Part shown: piece by piece, positions 54,097 through 64,000 of the stretch
Position numbering within the stretch: position 1 is the stretch's first letter
Layout of the letters: every line of letters starts with the position of its first letter
Assembly: GCF_009914755.1 (NCBI RefSeq)
Contig: NC_060940.1
Origin: the human T2T-CHM13v2.0 reference genome, Homo sapiens
Strand: one strand, 5' to 3'
DNA: 64,000 nt
Notes under the pieces: generated by a model
Database searches by the model: none
The model's input: only the letters and a program-made list of their open reading frames with translations
What the model was told of the DNA's origin: nothing
Position numbers and translations under genes: made by a program

Positions 54097-54821
54097 TGTC
54101 TTTATTTCCTCATCTTTAATTTTCTAGAATATAAAAGCCTTTTTCCCCTCCATCTTCTGTATAATCTGCTGCGTACACCTAACGGAAACGGGCACAATAT
54201 TCCGCCGTACAGGAGCCCGGAACGGACCGACAAGAAGAGCCACCACAGGGATGTGAATGATAAAAACTGCTGTCCCAAAGCACTCAGAATGCAGCGTGCA
54301 CTGTTTAGACCAGAAATGCTCTTTTGCCAAAAATGACCAATGTGTACGAGATTGGAAAGAAATCTTGTCCCAGTAACCTCAGGGCACACACATTCCAAGT
54401 TATGTTAGTTCCAAAGACATTGCACATATTTATAAATGTTCTTAGAAAAGGATTTCTAGGGGTAGCACCTTCCGCTGATTCTGCAAATCAACCATTCTTC
54501 TTTTTTTACAGATGAAGCCTCGTTCCAAGTCACACAGTAATATATGGAAAAGTTCTAGTTAAGGTTCTTAAGTTACTGGCCTCCTGCGATCTACTTTGCC
54601 ACTAATGAACCTTGTGATTTGGGGTAGTTCCTCCTGATCTCACGTTAAACATGTTTACTGCAGCAGGATTCCTTGCCTGGGCTGAATGCCCCTTCTAGGT
54701 CACTTTCATCCCATCTTCTGCTTTCCCCACTTTTCTGAAATTGCCTATTTTATCCTCTGGAGCCTCTACTCCTCCCTACCTTGTGTTTGTTCTTTCTCTC
54801 ACCCCCACACACATACACACC

Positions 54822-55166
54822 CTGTGTTGTGCAACACAGCAGCCATTAGCCACAGTGACTATCGAGTACTCCAAATGTGGCTAGTCCAAAATGAGATGTG
54901 ATTTAGGCATAAAATACACACTAGACTTTGAAGGTTAAGTGATCTGGGGGTCCCGAGATTTTTCCTTTCACAAAGACATAGTAAAAAACATGGAATCTTC
55001 CATGAATAACTTTATATATTGATTACATGTTGAAACAATAGTTTTAATATATTGTTAAATAAAATATATTATTAAAATTAATTTCACCGGTTTATTTTTT
55101 AATGTGGCTACCGGAACATTTTAAGTTACATATATAGCTCGCATCATATTAGTGCTGGACAATGTT
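54822..55166 (-). mobile_element. MER33 DNA transposon, near full length, with a short internal insert
   Basis: AGCCATTAGCCACA...AAATGTGGCTAGTCC...TAAAATACACAC...GATTACATGTTGAAA...GGACAATG. Confidence 0.75.
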
Positions 55167-57028
55167 GACCTATACTGAAGGTTCTGTGAAGAATCTTTGG
55201 GTCATTTACCACTGTACTCCCTTTGCCTCCCTCCCCACCCACTAGCACAACACCTGGCTCATAGTATGTACATAATCAATAAGTGTTGAAGCAGGGAAGT
55301 CTCTAAATCTCTCTATACATATATTTCTTCATTGATACACTGTGAGTCTCTATTCACAAGATAATAAAAGTCAAGAAATTTATTACCCATTTTGAAAGGT
55401 AAAAAGTATATGAATATTACTGCTTTTGTTGAAAAGCATGAAAATAACGTTGATCCCTTAGGCAACCATCTGTATTCCTAAATATATTTTTTGAATTGTA
55501 TTACACAAATACTATAAATTAAATGCTGAAAACGGTGGAGAGTGAACAGCTCAAGTGGGAAAACTAGAAACAGCCAAAGGAAAGCTGAGATACCACCACC
55601 AATGGGAAGGCAAACGGAGCCCACAGACTTATGATGACCATCTTTATTGTTCTGTTTTAATTTAAAAAGCAGAAGGCTCGTGGTGCTGATGGATTCCAGT
55701 GCTCATCGGAATATAATACAAGTATTTATCCAAGAGAGAGACAGTCTGTTTCCAAACTTGATCACTCGCCAAAAAAAAAAAAAAAAAAAAAAGTGAATAC
55801 AATTCTCTTTACCAAAATACCCCAGTATTGATATGCAGGTCCCAAACACACAATAGTTCTTTCACAAACTGGGTAACCAGGACACAATAAACACGACATG
55901 CGCACGTGAAAAGTTAGCTAGGTTTTCCCTGCCCTACCGTGAATCCGCATTTGCAACACTCCAGCCCCAACACCCAAACCACTGCTGACCCAGTGCTGAG
56001 GGACATGAAAAAAAACACAGCCACATTGCCATCCCCACCCAGTGTGGAAGCTGACGGCATGTAGAGATGTGGGTGGGTGGAGCGCAATGAAAAAGTGAAG
56101 CAGAAAGACGACTCATCTAATCCAGGACCATTCAAAGACCCGTAAAAAGGTACTTGTCTTTGTTGCGGGCTTTGTAAAGTCTTGTCAATCCTTCCTCGAA
56201 ACCAGCCAAGTACCAAGTAACAAAATCCTTAACCCTGTGGTTCACATGAATACACCCCGGCAACTCTCAGCTGCCAGAGCTGGAATCTGGCAACTTCCCT
56301 GGACGGGAAAGGCTATCCCACCGCCCGGGAAGTGAGGTGCGGGCAACAAAAGAACACAGGGTGGGGCCCAGAAACGGACGGGACAAATGGAGCAACACAG
56401 ATTTTCCAGAAGGCCTCATCAGCGCAAGCAGCCAGCAACAGGTTGCCCTTGTTGCAGAAGTCACATAACCTAATCAACTCTGAATCTTTTCTCTCCTCCC
56501 CACTATCTAGAAACAGCTCAGGACTTAGGACTCTGTTAACTTCTCTGTCCACAAGAAAAACTTCTCTGTGCTCACAGGCACACACACAGAATCTGAGGAG
56601 AAAGAGGAAATTACAGAGGACACCCGTTTACTAATGATGTGGGGGGGGCGGTGGTGGCTTCAAGAGCGTAGTTTGGGAGCGAAGAGGAGGGCAAAAAAGA
56701 AGCCACATCCATTCGGAGCTCAGCTGACCTCTCGGCAGAACAAGTGTCAACGCTTTTAAAGGGCGCGGCTTGTTTCAGCCACGAAAACGCACCGGCTGGC
56801 AAGGCAGGCGGCTGGGGGCTGCCTACCCGGAAGCCGGGTGGGGTGGGGGCGGGAACACCTCCGAACCCCGACTCCGCGGTCGCCGCCCAGGCGCCCGCCC
56901 CTCCCTCCGCGCCCGTCCCCACCGCGGGAAAGGGCACCCCGGGCTCGAGTCGTCGGGCAGCCGACGCCGGCGAGACGGCAGGGCGTCGGAGCGGAGGCAA
57001 ACCCAGCGCGAACGAGGGAAGACGTTAC

Positions 57029-57049
57029 CTTGTTCATCCCATTCCCCAT
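57029..57049 (-). CDS. DUSP22: DUSP22 coding exon 1 (MGNGMNK; Gly2 myristoylation motif)
   Basis: GCCACCATGG perfect Kozak context at 57049; donor AAG|GTAAC at 57028. Confidence 0.97.
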
Positions 57050-57098
57050 GGTGGCTGAAGGCGAACGCTAGCGCCCCGGCCGTGTGGTCGCAGGCGCA

Positions 57099-57107
57099 CT
57101 ATGGCAT
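57099..57107 (-). promoter_or_regulatory. Minimal upstream ORF ATG-CCA-TAG (Met-Pro-stop), ending 49 nt before the main ATG
   Basis: Minus strand reads TGTAAC ATG CCA TAG, with A at -3. Relevant only for transcripts starting upstream of 57107. Confidence 0.5.
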
Positions 57108-59543
57108 GTTACAGGGAGGAGGAGCGGCGGGGCGGGCGGGGAGGAGGCGCGCGGGAGGGACTGAGTGCTCGCAGTGTCAACAAGTCAGCGGCAGGGACCG
57201 GCCGGGCAACCCAGGGCGCTCCAGAGACCCGGCGTGGAGGGCAGGGCTTTCTGTGCGGCGGCCTAGAACTTCCCGGCGGGAGCCGGGCAGGGGCACCGGA
57301 GCCTATGCCGGGAAATGGTCCCGCCTTGCCGGTCCCCGCCCCCGTGCGCACCGGGCAGGCCCAGCGTCCCTCCTCGCTCCGCCCGCCCGCACCCTGGGAT
57401 TCGTAGTCGGGTTCCTGGCTGCCGCGCCCCACTCCGCCCTCGCGGACCCCGGCTCGCGGCCGCCGGGCGTGGGAGGCACTAGGCTCGGGCTCCCAGGCGG
57501 CCGGCCCCGGAGGCCAGAGCGCGTGCGCGGCCCGAGCCGCCCCGCCGGGACACCCGAGGCTGCGGGGCGGGGCCTGGCGGACGCGCAGGCGCTGCCCTGA
57601 CCGGGCGGCTGCGCTCGTCTCGGAGCCCGCTCCCCGGCCGGGGGTCTCCAGATCCCCCTTTGGCCTTTTCCCCTGGGGCGACTCCGGGGGCCAGTTACCA
57701 GCAGTCGCTACCCAGCCTTGGCTGCCTCCGTGAATCAGGTGCTAATCAGAGGCCTGGTCTCTGGGGGCTCCCCTGCCTGGGTTTTCTGAGTGCGGCAGAT
57801 TTAGGCTGGGGGATTTCCTGCGGCCCTGCCCCATGCACCAAGACGGAGAAGCCTCGCCTGGTGGGGAGAGGTGGGCTACGTGACTCACCCCGGGGAGGCC
57901 CGACCTCCCTACCCTGGGGGAGCAGATGGCTGGATCTCTGACCTCAGACCTCACGGCCTTAGATGATGTGTGTCCCTTAATGTCTGCATTGTGGTTCTGT
58001 CTGGAATGGATCAATTTCTAAACTGTAGCAGAATTGTTTTGGGTGTTCTATCAACGTTATTAAACTCTGAAGTTTCTCTCCAGCGACAGAATCCTTGAGC
58101 CAGTGGTTTTTCTTCTTAATTTATGTATCCTCAACAATGTCCTGAACATAGTAGGTGCTTAATAAATATTTGCTGAATGAGTACATGCGTCAATCTGACG
58201 TGCCCTGGCTCACCCCTGCTGACTTCATTTTATCTTCTTGCTAAGCGAGTTACACACATGCTGGTCTCCTGTCTGTTCCTTGAGCCTGTCAGGCTTGCTG
58301 GGCTGTGCTCTCTATCCAGACACCTGGATCCCCAGCTCTCTGCATACCTGCCTGTTATCGCTGAGGTATCAGCCCAAATGCCATCTCTCCTAAGAGGCTT
58401 TTCCTAACCACCCAATTCCAGGTTGGTCCTCCAGTCACTATCATATTACTCCGTATTATTGATCGGAAATACATGTATTTGCTTTCTTTTTATCTGTCTC
58501 ACTAGCCAGCAACTTTCAGATTAAAAAAAAAAAAAAAAAGTTGTCTTATTCAGTAATACAGCCATGTGGCCTGGGACAAAATCTAGCACAAAATAGTGAT
58601 TTTTAAAATATTTGTCAAATAAATTAATAATTTCTTGTGGCCGAGAAAACGGGTGAGGTTCTGAGGAATGTGAACGTTTGGAAAGAGCTTGTAGACTCCA
58701 TCTGTCGCCATTTCTGTACTTGTACCCCATATCTTCTGGGCAACAAATGGTATCAAAACCCCCCGTGTAGAAAGCCCTCAATCAATATGCGCTTGCATGT
58801 TTTCTCTAGGTAGAATGGGACCCAGACCCGGAGTGCCCTTTCTGCCTCTTGTTTTGGGAGAGTGTTCCTTCTTCACTGCCTTCACTTCCTCTTCTCCCGC
58901 CTGCTTCTCAGTCACCTGGACAGCCTGCCCTTTCCCCTCTGCCACACACTGCCATTAAGTAACTGTTTTTACCACCTTCCTGCTTAGAGACAACACAGAA
59001 TCGTTAGTGGACTGCCTGGGGAATCCCAGTAATCAGCCTCTATTTCTAATTCTTAAGGAGGTCTTGAGCAAGATGATCAACTTTTCTGAGCTAGCTTTTT
59101 TTTTCTCTTTAAAACAAGAGCATTAAACTGTGAATTTTTGAAGCTTCTATCCAGCAACCAATGAATTACTTCTGCAGCCTTCTGCCCTCCTTGGGCCATT
59201 CATCCAACAGTCAGATGAACGTTTAAGAACACAACCAGTTCATAAACTGGTACTTGACCATGAATGACAAATTCATACTGATTTTTTTCTTCTGTCATCC
59301 ACTTGCAATATTTCTCTCTTATTCATACTCTTCTTGTAGATATATTTCTCCAGCTTGGACCATCTGCTTTTCCCCCTAAACTCAGAACCTGCCATGGCTT
59401 CCTCCTTACCGTCAAAATCAGCATTCAGTATGGCCTAAAAGGTCCACATGCCCAGAGTTCCTATCAAAATCTCAAATTTTTCTTTTGGGTTAAATAGGAA
59501 AAGAGGAGACTATTAACACCAGAAGTCAGAAGAGTAAGATTTA

Positions 59544-59966
<423 letters not shown>

Positions 59967-60524
59967 TCATGTCTTGCAGTTCTATGACTTTTACTCTCTA
60001 GCTCTTGATTATGGAAAGAAAGGAAGAAGGGAAACACTTCAACAAAGCTGGCGTATTTCACATCCATAGTAGAATCTCTATTCATTTGTGCTTTATCTCA
60101 CTCATAAAAATTTTAAGGCATCACAAGCCTGGTGGATTTTCACACTATGTAAGATTTTTACTTCCACTTTTCTTCTTGTTATTTTCTTCCTCTCAGTTCT
60201 GCCAACATCACAAATTTTGGCAACAACTCCGAAAGAAGTCAAGCCTTCATGTGTGCACAATAAGGAATGGTCTACAGAGTGTGTAGGATAGCTGAGTCCG
60301 TACTTACACATGGTTAAGGATAACTGGTTAATAGTGTATTTAGTGAGCAGTAACCTTAAACTTTAAGGTGGAGGTGTTTAAAAGCCCGCAAGCAGAAGCT
60401 CAACCATTAGAGTTAGCCAAATCATTATAGGTGTTAGTGATAATTTCAGAGCATCGAGATTAACCTCTATCCAACAGAGAAGTAATTATGTAATCTTCAC
60501 TGGCCTCTTGAACATATTGCAGTC

Positions 60525-60685
60525 CAGGGTTTCTCAACCTCGGCAAAACTGACATTTGAGGCTGGATACATTTTTGCTCTAGAAGGCTGTCCTGTGCACT
60601 GCAGAATGTTCAGAAGCATCTCTGACTTGTGCTCATTACATTTCAGTAGCACCCTCTCAGTCATGACAATCAGAAATGTCTCCAA
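60525..60685 (-). mobile_element. MER20 fragment
   Basis: CAGGGTTTCTCAACCTCGGCA..ACTGACATTT...GCTGTCCTGTGCACTG.AG.ATGTT.AG.AGCATC...AAATGTCTCCA. Confidence 0.75.
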
Positions 60686-61782
60686 CCCCCTCTCCTCAAT
60701 AACCAGCTAAATCTACACTAATAGATCATGTTAGTTCTCTGCAGAATTCTTAAGCCACAATTGTTCATTATTAACAAATTGAGAACAAGAAGTTAAAATG
60801 AAGATCTAATCTAGCCAAAGCCTGACTAAAAGTAAAAGAAAGTGAGAATCTAATGAATTGTGGAAAGAAGAAAAAAGGTGGAACCTGGAACTACGGAAGC
60901 AAAAGCACAAAACATTTTCTCTGTTTCTCCAGCATTGTCCAGAGAGAGGCTGCCCAGTTGAATACCTGAGTTCTCAAGGCCATGCAGAACAGCCTGACCA
61001 TGAGGATGGGCCCCTGTGGTATACGACCTCAACTCTTCAAAGGTCACAATTTCCAGCCTTCCAAGCAGTCTTCTAATTATGAACGTGGTTTCCTCCTTTC
61101 GCTGAAGAGATTTGCGGGGCTCAGATCTCAGCACGGATATCTGGAGAGTGTGGGGTCAGGGAAGAGCAGCAAGAGGAATGGATATCCAGGTAAATGACTG
61201 GGAGGGCAGAGAATCTGGGAGCAGGTAAAGGGAAAATGTTCTCAGGCATTTAGCTGGGAGTCAACAAAAGTCTGTGGACAGAGTTCCTGGGAGGATTGGC
61301 AGAGGCTTGCAGGAATGAAGTTATCAGGCAGATTATAAAACAGTGCCAAGCAAAGGGGAAATAAGACAGAGCCCTGGTTCCTAAAATTTGGAGGTCACAT
61401 TATTATCAGCCTGCAGGTCAGAACATACATGCCTGTGTATTCTCAGGACAACTGTTGTTTTCCCCCAAATGGTAGCTGCCTGAGGGCAGGGACCAGTTGT
61501 TAATCAATCTCAGTATCCAGCATCTAAGATAGTCCCTAGTGTGTGGGGAACTATGTAGATGTTTGTTGATTTAGGAAAGAAATACATCTGGGAGGCTGTT
61601 GAATTTGTCCAGGCATAAGGATCACAAATAATTCATCCTTTGATATGCCAGAGACTCCATCAATACTGCATCTCCTCATGTTTCCTTTTCTTGAGCAATG
61701 TAGTTTCCATGTGAGATGGCTCTCTAGGAGTAACCAGAATCCTGTTGTCTTTTGTTTCTGAAACAGATATAGGGCACACTCA

Positions 61783-61832
61783 ACAGAGAGAGAGAGAAAG
61801 AGAGAGGAGAGAGAGAGGAGAGAGAGGAGAGA
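61783..61832. repeat. (GA)n-rich microsatellite
   Basis: Direct reading. Confidence 0.9.
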
Positions 61833-63239
61833 GTCCTTGCACACAATGCTTCCGTGTATTGCTGCACTCCACCCCTTGGTCTACAGCCATAGCCGTACTT
61901 GGCAGAGCACAAGACTCTCTGTGGTTCTGCCTCTTGGCATCATGTTGTTTTTTGATCTTTGGTAAGAAACCATGCCTGACTTATGCATGGCCATCATGGA
62001 AGTTGCTTGTGTTCATTTTCCGTGTGTGGAATGGTCTGACTTGGCCCATCTACTTCCCTGTCTCTACAAAGGAAGGTCTACCTGGGACAACAAACTAGGC
62101 CCTTAAAACTTTTCATGGTTTAAAAACGAAACAAAACAAAAACAACATTTTATGGTTGATGACTCCAGCCCAAAACAGTTAACAAAATCTGAACCATGAA
62201 TGCCTTTTTAATCTCAGGAGAATAATCATCATTTTCATCAGTGTTTGACAGGACTCCTGTAAGACAAGAGCTTGGGCATTGCTTCCTCAGCCTAACTTGC
62301 CTGGGCGGAAGGAGACATGGCCAGAAGGTCTTACCATTTGCCTTGTATGTGGTACTCTTTCTGAGGTCTCCAACTCTCTTAAAATCCTGTTCAAAATGAT
62401 CATGTGGACTGCAGTCTCGTGGACAGCAGGAAATGGACCCGAAGTGTCCCTGCACAGAGGGTCCTAACCATCTGTGCTTGCTGCACCTGCACCGTCAGCT
62501 ACCCTCTCTGAGGCACACTTCTCCTTCTTCAAATGCCTGCAGGGACCAGGGGGCAGCCCAGAAGTGAAGACAGAAGGGAGGACAGCAAGGGAAGCCCCAG
62601 CTCAAAGAAGTGACTGGGCTAGGGCGGCCCTCCTTAAAGATGCTTCTGCCTGCCTGCCGAGCGTCACTGTTGAGCTCTTCCCTAGTGCAGAGCTTTGCAC
62701 TGCTTTCATTTGTTTTTGTTATTCACTCTTTCATGCAAAACTGAAATTGAACTGGATCTGAAGACACTGAAAAATGTCTGGGTAGGGGGCTGCAGGGAGC
62801 AGGGGTTTTCCTGAGAGAATGGAATGTCCCATGAGAAATTTCACTTACCATGAGAGGGGAAGTCCATTTCGTATGACATGATATAACACTGTCATTATAA
62901 ACTCTCCGTTGGTTTCACATGTGTTAATATTTATCATTCTTTTGATTAGTTATTCATCAAGAAAACCCTGTGAATTCTGAAAAAATCATCATGTATCAAG
63001 GGTTCCTCAGGCTAGATGATGGACCCAGGATCATTTTCTCTATTCTTTGCAACAGAGAGCTTGCTTTTTATTTTTATTTATTTATTTTTTTAACCAAACA
63101 CCACTTGGTCTGCAGGTGAGGAGCTGTCCTTGCCCACATGAGACAATCTCATCTGAAGCAACAACCTGGTACCAGGATATCATGTTTACTCATGAGAATA
63201 CCGTCGACCATTGACCTTCAAGTGAAGGTTGATCTGTAC

Positions 63240-63536
63240 TTTTTTTTTTTTTTAAGACAGAGTCTCACTCTGTCCCCAAGGCTGGAATGAAGTGGTGCGA
63301 TATTGGCTTACTGCAACCTCTGCCTCCTGGGTTCAAGCGATTCTTGTGCCTCAGTCTCCCCAGTAGCTGGGATTACAAGGGCATGCCAACACTCCCTGCT
63401 AATTTTTTATATTTTTAGTAGAGACAGGGTTTCACCATGTTGCCTAGGCTGGTCTTGAACTCCTGAGCTCAGGCAATCCACCCACCTCGGCCTCCCAAAG
63501 TGCTGAGATTACAGGTGTGAGCCACCATGCCCGGTC
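63240..63536 (-). mobile_element. Alu (AluS-type)
   Basis: Poly(T) head, standard reversed Alu dimer, flanking TGA(T/C)CTGT(A/G)CTTTT duplication. Confidence 0.92.
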
Positions 63537-64000
63537 TGACCTGTGCTTTTCACCTTCTCTGCACACCTGTGTGCCCTTTCTACATGGGGCCTCAACTCCA
63601 GACCCCGCAAACAACAACTAACATGAGGACAACTGCTGGGAAGAGGCTGAAGCAATTGCAGCATGATCACACAAGGTTGGGATAGATTTCTTTCTCATCT
63701 CTCATACACACCCCTTGCAAAAAAATAGGTGGGCAGAAAAGTCTGGGGCTAAGCTTGCCCTGTTTCATCAATGTACAGTTTGCATTACTGAACAGACTAG
63801 AACAATGTGTCAATGTAAAAACATTTATATCTGGCTTAAATGACAACAGTTTATCTGCCCTCCCTCCCCAAAATACAAAGCAGTACCTATCTTATCTCTG
63901 ATGTAATTAAAGTGTCCATGATGGTAACTTTTCCCAAGCAAAGCCACAGTCTGTCTTAAAGGTGAGATGAGATCTTTATCTCTACAGACAGAAAATGTTG

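Larger units (their letters stand above)
56750..57720. promoter_or_regulatory. CpG island / TATA-less promoter of DUSP22
   Basis: Very high GC and CpG density, with several GGGCGG/CCGCCC (Sp1-type) boxes surrounding exon 1. Confidence 0.92.

Noticed and set aside
56611-57600. 276-aa and other overlapping ORFs across the promoter
   Set aside because: These are Gly/Arg/Pro/Ala-rich products of a stop-poor CpG island, with no recognisable domain.

Overview
This is human (primate) genomic DNA carrying almost the whole DUSP22 gene (JKAP/JSP-1/VHX, an atypical dual-specificity phosphatase) on the minus strand. A CpG-island promoter and exon 1 lie at about 57 kb. Seven coding exons (21+34+83+50+75+172+183 nt, all GT-AG introns) splice to an intact 205-aa ORF, MGNGMNK...VHCLAGVSRS...YDNYTTET. 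An internal donor in exon 7 leads to the known short (184-aa) isoform, whose last exon lies outside the window. The introns contain Alu, L1, MER and LTR relics and a 25-unit 63/61-bp VNTR. No prokaryotic, CRISPR or RNA-gene features were found. The most unusual structure is a cluster in intron 4: a 327-bp non-Alu inverted duplication with a flanking ~20-bp duplication, a 14-bp minisatellite giving eight UGCAUG (RBFOX) motifs on the pre-mRNA, and a candidate 11-nt frameshifting microexon just downstream. Intron 4 also has a 27-bp hairpin whose loop contains a 21-mer identical to sequence 3.1 kb away. All functional interpretations are hypotheses. Whether this copy is the 6p25.3 gene or the known 16p11.2 duplicate cannot be decided by eye. 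Repeat subfamily names are recalled from consensus sequences and repeat boundaries are approximate.
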